DNA of 64,000 nucleotides, from contig NC_092676.1 in NCBI RefSeq assembly GCF_964355755.1, forward strand, positions 4,751,888 to 4,815,887, in the 5' to 3' direction. This DNA comes from Antedon mediterranea (lineage: Eukaryota > Animalia > Echinodermata). Below the pieces are notes generated by a model. The model saw only the letters and a program-made list of their open reading frames with translations. It had not been told where the DNA came from and ran no database searches. Position 1 is the stretch's first letter, and each line of letters opens with the position of its first letter. Of the stretch, positions 54,101-64,000 are shown piece after piece. Both the position numbers and the translations under genes were made by a program.

Positions 54101-57100
54101 TTAGGTACGGTAAAAGGCTCGGCCATTTGACTTGCTCATTAATATTAATATAATATTATAATATGCACATTTTTAATGTATCAGGAAGCGGCCAAAGTCC
54201 TCTTTGGAAAGAGGAGCATCTCGTCTCAGTACAGGGACAATGGGAGGGATACACGAAGATAATGAAGATGTACCAGAGAAAGATGAGAGTGATAAGATGA
54301 AAGAAAAAGAAGAAAAGGACAAAGAAGAAAAGAAGAAAGAGTTAATTACAAGACAGTCAACGCAGCAGTTTGAGAGTGTGCCTGAAATTTGTGTAAGAAT
54401 TTTAAGGTTTCCATAGCTGTCTAGTCACCCTTAAAAATGTATTGTCACCAAAAACATAAAAAATTAAGGTTATATAAATTGGACTTTGAATAAGTTATTT
54501 TGTAGTTTTTAAGTTAATCACTTCCGTAGGAAAAAAAACGAAAAAAAATAATGTTTTCACTTATAAAACGACAAAATAATAATAATTCAACCAAAAACTG
54601 ATTTTGAAATTTGACTATTTTTTGCTTTAAATTAAAGTCTATGTCAGGTAAATATTTTTTTTTCTATCCAATCTTTGGTCAAAGTGGATAACTATTATGT
54701 GACATTAAAATGGCATATTCAACAAAAAAGAGAGAAAGAACAGTTGTTGAACTATTTAACCATACTTCCGCTGCTGGTCTTTTGTCTGAAAAAGGCAATT
54801 CAACAAAAATCTACCCTGGCTAACATGCTTGCCAAATTATTTTCTCATTTTCGCTTGCACTGTAAAAGGTTCTTCGCAATGTAATTCTTAAGTATTTTTT
54901 TTTCAACTCTGTTTTGCAGACTTCCTCACCTCAACCGAGGTCACCATCCCCAAAAGAGCGCAAAAAGTCTGGTTTAAAGAGAGATAAAAGTGCTAAGAAA
55001 GAAGAGGTATGTGTGATAGATTAAGATTAAAGAGATATACAGTAGAACCATATAAGGGGACATCTTTGATACACAACAAAGTTTCCACTCAATATGGATG
55101 TCCCCTCGAATAGTAATATATATATATCAATTTTATTCACATCATACATAAATAAATAGTACAATATATGTAAAAAGGAGCAAGAAGATAGCTTTCGCTA
55201 TTCGAGGTTTGACTATACTGTCACAAAAATAAATTATTCATAATGCATAAATTTTGATCTAACAACAATAACTTAAGAAAGAAACAACAACTATATGAAA
55301 AAATAACGTAAACAAGGGCTAACATTAATATTTTTGTAAAAGTAAACATTTAACTTCATTTATGAATTTAAATCTTGAAGAGGTACATTTTATAACTAAG
55401 GGTAATTATTTTAAAGTTGAGCTCCATTAAAAGAAATTCTATTCTCTGATGTCTGAAGTTTTCACGCTGCTACTCTAGCCTGCTACGTCACACGAGATGA
55501 CTCATTCATTAGATGAAATCAAGCAGCAGTATAGTACTACACTTTGACATTTTTGTTAAAATGGAAACTCGACTATAATTTATAGGTACCACCTGTTGAA
55601 TCAAAAAAACGGCTGGGAAAAGAGTCTAATGACAAATCCCAAAGCATTTCTGGTATTTATGAGTCCCATGATATTACTATAATTCACTAGTGTCAGATAA
55701 TCATTGAATTATTATCAAAACAGTCCATTGAAGTTTTTGTTTGTAATAGGATACTTGAAGTATCTAGGCTTGATAAAGTGACCCCCAGACTTGACCTTAG
55801 CAATAACAATAAGCAAGCAGCGTTTTTTGTAAGAAATATTCTTGTTTATATTCTATTTGTAGGAGAAAGCAAGTCCAGTTAGGAAGAAATCTGCTCCGAA
55901 GTTGAAAACACCATCAGGTGGCGAAAAGGTCACCAAAGGTGAGGAAAACTTATTTTTTATTTAGTCACCCTAGAGGAAAACATTGACCTTTGACACAGAC
56001 TATGAAACGGAAATATAAAATGAATCAAAATGAGGAATAGGCTAAAAAAATTCATTGATATCTTGCCATATCTGGTATATGTGATTGAATTCAGTATTCT
56101 GCAACATTTATTTTATTTGAAAATCAGATGAATTGGAAGCACAATCCATTGCCAATGATGTCACCAGCATAATTGGAGACAAAGTGTCAACACAAGAAGA
56201 GGCAGCAGCCAGTGGTGATCCTGCCAAACAGGAGGAACAACTTCTTGTCACGGATGAAACTCAACCAAAAGATATCTGGATGGACTTTGAAGATTTCTGC
56301 AAATGTTTTAAGTAATTTCTTTTGTCATGTTTTTTTTTTTATTCATACATTGTTTATTTTTATTTATTTTCCCCTTAGTGTGATATTTTTTCCTATAATA
56401 TTTTCTTTTTATTAAAAAAATAATAAAAATATTTTATTGAGTAAAGCAGCACATATTTGTTTGTTTGTTTGTTTGTTTTATCTTTATACTGGGTGACCTC
56501 TTCAGTCAAAGACTGATCTCCCAGAGGGCCCAGTTGGTGATCAGTGGCTGTGATGTACTAATACACCGGGGTAACCCCCTACTCGTCTCGAAAGATGTAC
56601 TAGGTTCTTTAAAGTGCACACGAGCAAGTTGTGTACACTGGACCTACGGTTTATAGTCCTTATCCGAGAAGACTCGTTCTACCACCAGAACCATGGAGTG
56701 AGTGAGCCTCTAACCCTTGCCGATGTAATGGCTACGTGATTACGGTTCCACTGTCTTAACCGCTCGGCCACTCACTCACATACTGTGTACTATGAATTAA
56801 AATGACATAACTAGTCTTAAGTTATTGCAAAACAAACAAAATTTAGTACTTATTTTTATATTACTGCCATATTAAATATTATATTTCTTATAATTTATAA
56901 ATATTATATTTTTACAGGACGTTGTACATATTTCATAAGCCAAACACTTACCCATCCAATCAGAAGTATTCTGACTTGAGGGTAAGTTCATTACAGAATT
57001 ATTTTATTGTGAAAACACTTCATATTTTGATTTTTATTGAAATTTAAAAATGGTGCAAAGGTATAAAATAAAAATTAATAATAATTATTTATTCTTTTGA

Positions 57101-60100
57101 ATTGTCTGATTGAATTAAAACTTTCTCAATTTCTATTGAAGTGTTTTTTTTAACTATTGACTGGCCCATTGGGTTAAGGCAATGTGTATGGCCCTTTATT
57201 TAAGGCAGAGGTAGTGTAAACGAAAGCCATAAAGATTGTCATTGGTTATAACTACATCTTGCGCTTGAGAAATTATTTTTGGGAACTTTTTGTTGGTAAA
57301 CTAACACATCTGACATTTTTTCTTTATTCCCTTCTTTTCTAAGTATTCCAAAGTTTTTCCTACTCTTTTAAAAAAGTGTAGAGTTTTAGGAAAGTTCAGT
57401 CTTATTTATTTACCCAGGTAAGCTGGTTTCATGGACCAATCATCACTCAGTTTCGTGGGTAGGCCACAAACTTGCCCGGGTAGATAACTAAGCCTGAACC
57501 GGCCGAATGTAATGAAATATTTTTAAAACGTAACTTCAATTTTTGTCTCTGCCGACATTCAAGAAGTCCGAGACTATGCCGTGGGTGAAACAGGTTTGTC
57601 ATTGTGGTGTATTTTGCTTTGCTGAGAGTGAATTAATACTGCTTATTACGCTAATTAAAGTATCGAAATATAACTTGTGCATGTTACGGTTGAGTGCTTT
57701 TTCTATAAAGAGATATGAAGCTTGAGAAATACTTAAAATTGAATTTGAGGTGCATACTGTATGTGCAATAGCTCAATGCTTATTTTGTTCTGTTTTTTAA
57801 ATTTTTTTGTTGTGGAAAAACACAATTAGTTTGTTGAAGTCGGTGTATAGTTGCACCTGTAGTGTTCGTGTGCAGAGGAAGAATACCCAATAGCATTGTA
57901 CAAAGCGGTGCATATTTGGGCTAGGTATATTCTGAATATAAAAAAATTGTTAATAAGAACGTATATAGTTTAACCTTTGACCTATGTATGTAGATACAGG
58001 AAGTTATCAATACTTTATGATGGTTATTAATGTCTTATCTAAAGTACTTTATGTATTCCAACTTGAAAAAAAATCTTTCTTATATACATCATTTCTTAAA
58101 ACATCATTGTTTAAATAACCACAATTAAGTTTTAATTGTATGTGTATAAGTATGTTATTTCAGTCTATGTTCCTGTTTTTCGTATTCGTAGCATTTCTGG
58201 TTTTTCTAATGTTGCGTTATTCTCCTCAAACACGTGCCAAAGTGTCCAGTTTTCAAAAACACACATTAGGGACCTTTTTATTGGTACGCGTTTTGGTTAA
58301 TGTTCAGAGACTCAAAGTTCCAGGAGGGTTAACTATATTCATTTTTTTTGGCAATTTTATTTTAAATGTTAATCTTAATTAACACAAATCACTGTAAAGA
58401 TATGTTATAGCTATGTTATTGTTAGTCACTTACTTTTAACTATCCTTGGTATGAAATGTTGCAGTGTATGTGTGCTATATTACCATGTTATGTTCAGAGT
58501 ATTTTCTATGTCAATACTTTTAATTTATCAATGGCATCATTATCAATCTCTTTATCATCAAATCTAATCAATTTATAATTTACTTCATATTCATTAACAG
58601 TCATTATAATCATCAACATCATTATCATTGTCATTATCATTGTCATTATCATTGGCATCATCATTGTCATTATCATTGGCATCATCATTGGCATCATCAT
58701 TGTCATTATCATTGGCATCATCATTGGCATCATCACTGTCATTATCATTGGCATCATCACTGTCATTATCATTATTATTAACATCATCATTGTCATTATC
58801 ATTGTCATAATCATTATTATTGTCATTATCATTGTCATTATCATTGTCATGATCATTGTCATGATCATTATTATTGTCATTATCATTGTCATTATCATTG
58901 GCATCATCATTGGCATCATCATTGTCATTATCATTAATACATTTCATCTGATTTCATAATTATCATATCTATCTACATTCTTTTTCATCAGTGTTTCGAT
59001 TCACCAGCGAGTTCGCAGTTGACTGTCCCACTGTCTGCTGCCCTCAAGAGAAGCGAGAGTGTAGGTCAACTCTTTTTTAGTGCATGCTTGCTTCTAAGTC
59101 CGACTCCAACCCTGTTGCATGAAGAAAAAAACCCATTAATTATGGATAGTTTAGTGCTATAAAACAGAGTTTAATATTTTTCCTTGCTTTTTCACATATT
59201 CGCAAAATTATGCTATTATATATTACCTTACCTTTGTCTTTGCTTATAGTGTTATCAATATCACCCAATTCTATCTATTTACTGCATTGTATAATTTTTT
59301 TTTTTTTTATTTTTTTTTTTTAAACTATATTTAATGAGGGTGATCCATCCAGCTATTGCTGACAATTAGGGACCCTCAGAGGTTCACAAGACAAACATAT
59401 ACACAAGATGCTCATACATAAACAAAGTCTTATTACAAGTCTTTGGGAGTGGAGTAATTTGGCCCTTAGAAAAAAATCCTGACATGTGACGGGACTTGAA
59501 CCAAGGACCCTTGGAGTGGTAGCCAAGCATCATAACCACCAAGCCACAACTCCACTCAATCAGGGATTTGTCTCCAATTACAACTCCCTGGTATAGTGTC
59601 TGTCACAAAGAATGAAAGTCATCCTCTTTTCTAGAGGATAAACTGTCACCTGAGTGTGACAAGTGGTAGATATCGTCTGCCGGCCTCCCGCACTGAACGA
59701 TATCTTCTCTCCTTCCTTCCATAAGCCATTAAACTTTTTAACGATTAAAATTATAAGTGAAATATACTGTAAACAGTTTTGCTTTTTATTGTTTTTATAT
59801 ATAATATATATAACAAATATATTTATTTTATGTAGTTTCAATTGTTCTGTAATTTTTAATGCAAGCAATGGAATTTCCAGAAATGGATGAAAATAAAATT
59901 TGAATCTTGATACTTATTATACTAACACAAGATATTGATTGTTCTCCACTTAGTGTAGACAGAGCTTTACACTTCAAATTGAAATTAGTTTGACAAGAGT
60001 TTGATGTTAGTCACTACCAAATATGGTAGTGATATGCCCAAATATGGTAGTGATATGTGTCATTGTGTCAATACTGTATATGGGCACATCACATTATTTT

Positions 60101-63100
60101 GTCATAAAGTTTGATAGTGTAGACAGAGCTTTAAAATTGTTCATAATAGTCAGATTCTTACGTACTGTAGTTATTTTATATTATGGGATGTAATGTTTTG
60201 CAATCAATAACATTTATTAGTAATTATTATTACTTTATAGTTTAATTCCATATTTTGATATCTGTATTTTTCCATGGGTTTAAAAAGAGTTTGCATGGCT
60301 TGTTTGTTATTTGGAGTTTATTATATAAAGAAAGTTATTATTTGTCTTCGAAAGTGTTCAAATATGTATTCATCAATTATCATGTAAAATGAATTTACTT
60401 CACAGAGTGTACAAGGCAGTACTTCCAAGCGTTCAGCTGCACCAGGAGGCGGACCAAACCCAAGTGCATCCATGACAGCCCAGACACCTGCCAGGATTCC
60501 ATTCAGTCCAGGCCCACAGGGACATCACCATGTAAGTGATATTTGCATTTTGAGTGTGGTAATATGGACTTTAATCGACTATAAATGATCTTAATCTAAA
60601 AGGGGACACTTTCTGAATAGCCATGTCCCCTGAATAGCCATGTCCCCTGAATAGCCATGTCCCCCGAATAGCCATTTAGCGGTGTCCCCTGAACAGCGGT
60701 GTCCCCTGAATAGCGGTGCTCACTGAATAGCGGTGCTCCCTGAATAGCTGTGTCCCCTGAATAGCGGTGCTCCCTGAATAGCGGTGCTCCCTGAATAGCG
60801 GTGTCCCCTGAATAGCGGTGTCCCAAATGGCGGTGTCCCTAATGGCGGTGTCAGTTCTGTATAAACAATCACCACTCCAACACTAAATCTATATTTATTA
60901 TATTAATTCATTAGTCAACCATTGGTGGATTTTTAATAGGGAATTCCATTGACGATATAATGGTAACTTGTAGTTTTTTGTTCATACTTTGTTGTTACAT
61001 AGAGACACAGCTTTTTAAACTTTTGATATCTATACAGTGTACTATACATCATTTTATATATTTGCTATATTAATATTTTATTCAATTTGTATTGTATTGT
61101 GTAATATGTGGCATTGTTAAAATCACTGTTTTACTTATTACTATATATTTTTAATGTAATACAAAAATAATGAAATATTTTTAACTGGATTTGCTAGAAA
61201 AATAATTTTTCTTTGCATTAGCTAGAATCTTTTTTGGGGATTATTTGTGTATTTTTATATTATAATTTAATAGTGGTCTTTCAAAATTTCAAATTTTTAT
61301 ATTCATATTTAATTTTATGCTTATGAATTAGTATCATTTTTATTCCCACAGGCTGCAGAGGACCGGTCCCAGCACTACCTATGTATCCTTTAATATAATA
61401 TAATTAATATCATTTTAATAATAATTTAAAGATATATTGTCCCCCTGAAAAAATAATTCTTAAATAATTTTTTGTTGAATATGCCAATTTAATGTCACAT
61501 AATAGTTATTCACTTTCACCCAAAATTAGATTGAAAAAAAAATTTTTATTATTTACTCGAAAATCTGTAATTTAAAGCAAAGAATAGTTAAATTTTTGGT
61601 TGAAAAATTAACAATTTATTTTGTCATTTTGTAAGTGCAAAAATTTGTTTCCTTTTTTTTTTCTATGAAAGTGATTATTAAACATAACCTATTCAAAGTC
61701 TGATTTAATTAATCTTCATTTTTCATGCTTTTTCAGTTGATTTTTAATTTTGATATTTAAATTGATTGAACCTTGACCTTTTGTTACCAGTTGTGGATAA
61801 TCTTGTGTCAACTGAGATCATTGTTAGTTATTCATCATTCTCTCGCTGGCTTGAGCCACCTCTTGACCCTCCAAAAACATCCCACAGCACCACGAAAGAG
61901 AGAGACCGAGAAAAGGCAAAAGAAACTGAATCTACCGTTGGTGGTGCTAGTAGCGTAGTTGATGGTGGGAATAACAAAGAAACCTTTGTATCAGCGACGC
62001 CTGGACTGCTCGTTGCTGAGCCGTATTCTTGGAAGAGTCTTGTCGTTGGCCAGCCTACACTAAGAATTCGCACTACGTCTACCAAAGCAGCTTGTCTGAC
62101 CCTACCACCAGGGTAAGTACTAAAAAGATGAAAATAAAAATGTTATGCAATTTTCCAACTATTTTACAAGTTTTTACGTGGATATTTCTCTTTTTTGGTT
62201 TAATACAGACGTCATGTTCTTCGTTTTATGATGAGCGCCCCTCTCGGATATCACGTTCATCTCTGCTCTACAACGCCTTTCGTGTTTGGTGATGAGGAAA
62301 CTGTAATGTCAAACTTGACAAATGTAAGTAAAAATTTATCAAGAAGTCAAGTACATCAACTCTGGCACATATACTAGAATGAGAAAAAAATTACTTTACT
62401 GAGTTGCTCTTATTTTGCGGTCTGCAAAGCAGGAGTTCAAAGATGTCTGTTGAATAGCCTTTAAAGTTGGTTCGCAGGAAATATGCCTCCCTGTGTTGGA
62501 GTTGCGACTTTCTCCTTTACCTTCACACAATATTTTCCTAACCATTTGGATGCGTATGAAATAAAATATATATATTCTTCTATATCATTAAAATATTGTG
62601 AATTATAGGAGAGTTGCCGATTTGTTGACCACGCTCTGCAAGTGACCAAGTGTGTAGGGAATGCTATTCAACAGTTTGATAATGAAACAGGGTTCAAAGA
62701 TGCAATGGCTGTTCTATCAGATAAACACAACCCTCAGAAAGGTGATGTTACAGCATCTATTCATAACCATGAGGTAACTTTTTATTTTGGGTTTCTTTTA
62801 AATTTTCATTTATCATTTTAAATTTAGAAAGAGAGTAATACTTTCATTGTCATTTTCAAAAGTAGATGTTATCTAAAGAAACTGTACTGACTTTTTAAAA
62901 CAAAATATTTCTCATGTTTATTTGGTATATACAATACTATTTACTATACATTTTTTAGTCTCATCTTAATTTTATTATTTGAATGTTGTATTTCTGTTTG
63001 TGTGATATTGTCACATTATAAAGTATTCCATGCATAATTTCTACCTCAAGGCCTAGGCCACCGCCACCCTGGAGCTGCAAGCCTTGAATTAGTGTTGGTA

Positions 63101-63838
63101 TGTGGTAACTAAATTTCAAATCTTCACACTTTGCTGTCACCCTCTAGTGAATGCATTGTATTGTCTCTATTATGAACTATTCATTCTTTGTTCTTAGGTT
63201 TTCAAAGACGCCTTCTACTTCATGCTAAGAAACGCTCTTCAAGATGGTTTCACAGCTGAGATGGTGTTTGCTTGGAAGGCATTCAACTTCGATGTCATCA
63301 CTCAGAACATTGCAGGTGCAAACACAGGAAGTAGACCAGGTGGGTTTAATTTACATAATTTATTCATGAATCTATTTTAAGAAATGTATTATTTGTTTAT
63401 TTAGATTTGTTTAAATAGGTAGAATTTTACACTAATTTAATATTGTAAGTTTTTTTGTGTATAAGTCTTATTTTTGTTATAAATATAACTTAAGTACTGT
63501 ATACTTATTACGTTGTTATTAATTATTTGTATATGTCTTAATTATTTTTGGCTTATTGATTATTAGCCGTGTATATTTTGTGTATTATAAACCTTCAAAC
63601 AATATATTATTAAGCTTATTTAGATAAATTTATATATAGTGTTGCAGACTTAATTTAAACACTTGCACCTTAGTTCGCACAGTTCATGACTAAATTAATT
63701 GTGGTTCAGCATGAGAAATGTCTATGGTTCGAATCTATTTGCACTCATACTCGTAAATCACAAACATCTGTATTATTCAGTGTATATTTCTTACAGCAAC
63801 CGGGGCTTCTAGAAAGTCCGGCAAAGCAGTACGCAAAC
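30115..63838 (+). CDS. ADGB: Androglobin (calpain-like domain plus circularly permuted globin); 3' end beyond the window
   Basis: In-frame exons: 30115-30182, 37484-37589, 37719-37772, 37959-38135, 42141-42356, 43417-43556, 46199-46288, 49895-50085, 50566-50625, 52767-52876, 53180-53357, 53637-53727, 54185-54392, 54920-55006, 55863-55938, 56128-56311, 56918-56981, (58992-59060), 60406-60531, 61352-61382, 61791-62112, 62209-62323, 62609-62773, 63198-63339, 63797-63838. Hallmarks: MSSKQAKEKK, LWPEFNDADINTERW, HFFDDPDGRI, GKYVVRLYWMGCWRKVTVDD, EIWPMILSKAIIK, GWLPE, VWKLLKEILPEFKL, DIWMDFEDFC, ESCRFVDH. Confidence 0.95.
30790..31280 (-). mobile_element. RTE-clade LINE, 3' RT fragment
   Basis: KMRVFNVYITSIFLYNCELWTMT...VFQRKFLKRIIGIRWPENIKNEDLY is typical of the RTE ORF C-terminus; 5'-truncated. 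Confidence 0.8.
31722..31885 (+). CDS. Candidate alternative first coding exon of ADGB (MSKESTQRVRFFLFDE...PRSPRPRSPRPRSPLSPTK)
   Basis: actATG, 164 nt, AG|gtatgt phase-2 donor that does not coincide with a stop; lies inside canonical intron 1. Confidence 0.55.
32520..32640. mobile_element. Degenerate MITE family B copy
   Basis: ATGTGATGTGCCCATA...TATCACTAC core. Confidence 0.6.
33097..33862 (+). mobile_element. CR1/L2-type LINE 3' end
   Basis: LTWDDHVHAIVSKAKGMLGFV, frameshift, LYKSLVLPGLEYAQPAWFPW..LEGVHRRATRL; 3' UTR ends in (AAATG)n. Confidence 0.8.
34870..35540. repeat. 104-bp tandem repeat, 5 near-perfect copies plus a degenerate one
   Basis: GCAGCAATTTGAAGTCTG at 34881, 34985, 35089, 35193, 35297. 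Confidence 0.95.
36059..36147 (+). CDS. Candidate alternative first coding exon of ADGB (MRRLSPRPPTTGRQSRTGSGKTLSLKSLW)
   Basis: ataATG, 89-nt GC-rich island, AG|gtagag donor in phase 2. Confidence 0.3.
36260..36590. mobile_element. Two MITE family B copies (36260-36444 full, ~36500-36590 partial)
   Basis: TIR AAGCTCTGTCTACACTATCAAACT and 21-bp internal units. Confidence 0.8.
39322..40880 (-). mobile_element. Non-autonomous Helitron
   Basis: Minus strand starts TCTATATA and ends CTAG, inserted between A and T with no TSD. Terminal hairpin CTAGATGG-TACGCGAGCGAAGCGAGCGTT-CCATCTAG. Internal 262-bp tandem duplication at ~39900-40425. Confidence 0.75.
40921..41283 (-). CDS. Intronless 120-aa orphan ORF nested antisense in ADGB intron 4
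   Basis: aagATG start, TATATAA ~80 nt upstream, internal protein repeats KKEQITIKGNGNTIVIA and KKEGIEIVGNDNIIVIA. Confidence 0.45.
   Translation of the reverse strand: MSNFLMKTKKEQITIKGNGNTIVIANEETKTVIINRHRPTNVSQHEVNLLSSGTFMKTENEKKKLQINGDILVVKSERSKMALLEKMDCYQTIIKKKEGIEIVGNDNIIVIATEDSNGFN
42974..43238. mobile_element. MITE family B copy interrupted by a ~110-bp insert
   Basis: TIRs at both ends; insert ~43058-43168 resembles the flank at 43253-43360. Confidence 0.7.
44110..45925. repeat. Diverged local duplication of ~700-750 bp (44110-44870 and 45230-45925)
   Basis: Shared blocks TGCCCAGAGCCT.AAATTAGATTGAATT, TTTTGAACAAACCTAAGATTGGC, AGAAAAGGTTTTTATGAG. Confidence 0.8.
48778..49702. repeat. 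30/31-bp minisatellite, ~30 copies (AAACACCAAATA(C)AGGTACAAATAAATAAT)
   Basis: Tandem array with a one-base length polymorphism; it explains the three long minus-strand ORFs. Confidence 0.97.
52150..52690. repeat. (ATC/ATT)n-derived low-complexity repeat with a ~48-bp higher-order unit
   Basis: Seen directly. Confidence 0.85.
53016..53164. mobile_element. MITE family B copy
   Basis: Full TIRs; ends ~15 nt before the acceptor of ADGB exon 53180. Confidence 0.8.
56456..56775 (-). mobile_element. SINE family D (tRNA-like head, (AAAC)n tail)
   Basis: Minus-strand head TGGCCGAGCGGTTAAG. Core GGACCTACGGTTTATAGTCCTTATCCGAGAAGAC is shared with ~53935-54130 and ~32085-32305. Confidence 0.7.
58600..58935. 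repeat. Compound trinucleotide microsatellite (ATC/ATT/GTC/GGC)
   Basis: Seen directly; source of the repetitive ORFs at 58506-58947. Confidence 0.95.
59295..59556 (-). mobile_element. tRNA-derived SINE family A copy
   Basis: Near-identical to 5621-5867, with a long T tract on the + strand. Confidence 0.85.
59950..60133. mobile_element. MITE family B copy, rearranged
   Basis: Two TAGTGTAGACAGAGCTTTA ends plus internal 21-bp units. Confidence 0.7.
60600..60852. repeat. GC-rich ~18-19-bp minisatellite (GTGTCCCCTGAATAGCG)
   Basis: About 13 tandem copies. Confidence 0.9.
61383..61790 (+). other. U12-type (minor spliceosome) GT-AG intron in ADGB
   Basis: Donor GTATCCTTT; branch site AACCTTGAC with the A 14 nt before the 3' end. 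The junction restores HYL-F-VDNL. Confidence 0.88.
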
Positions 63839-64000
63839 GTAAGTGTAGTAGTGCTGCAGTGTCCCTTTCGCATCGTGTTGCTTTATCTATGCATTCTAGT
63901 CTTTCATTACAAAAATAAACGTCTTTAATTCCTTAACCTCTGCTTTATCATGTGTGCCAAAACCGATAGCTTTCATTTTTGTGTTTTTTCTAACATTTTA

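Noticed and set aside
55130-55560. Possible decayed L2-like LINE 3' end on the minus strand
   Set aside because: Only a faint peptide resemblance with stops; too weak to call without a search.
58506-58947. Poly-(ND), (MI) and (SL) ORFs, plus His/Ile-rich ORFs at 52103-52607
   Set aside because: Translations of intronic trinucleotide microsatellites.
63929-63937. Perfect U12 branch motif TTCCTTAAC
   Set aside because: The upstream donor at 63839 is U2-type (GTAAGT), there is no AG/AC at the usual 10-20 nt distance, and the window ends soon after; probably chance.

Overview
AT-rich, intron-dense animal genomic DNA, probably from a marine invertebrate (taxon is inference only). Three + strand genes can be rebuilt exon by exon. 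(1) The 3' part of RPGR: last RCC1 repeats, a long Glu/Asp-rich region and a CAAX end, KSKACVIL*, at 11062. (2) A secreted three-Kazal-domain protein at 15834-17949. (3) Androglobin (ADGB) from ATG 30115 to beyond the window end, with the calpain-like domain, the C-H half of the permuted globin and a U12-type intron. The most unusual signal is at 19-36 kb: besides the canonical ADGB exon 1 there are about six other ATG-initiated exon candidates. All end at phase-2 donors in frame with ADGB exon 2, lie among RFX/FOX-like motifs, and suggest a variable N-terminus array. Other notable items are a 2.75-kb Academ-derived palindrome made of two 3' ends, a non-autonomous Helitron next to an intronless orphan ORF nested antisense in ADGB, many MITE/SINE/LINE pieces and minisatellites, and an excess of TAGGCCTA and TAC(A/T)GTA words that look like transposon excision footprints. 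All homology calls come from reading the sequence and recalling family motifs; no searches were run.
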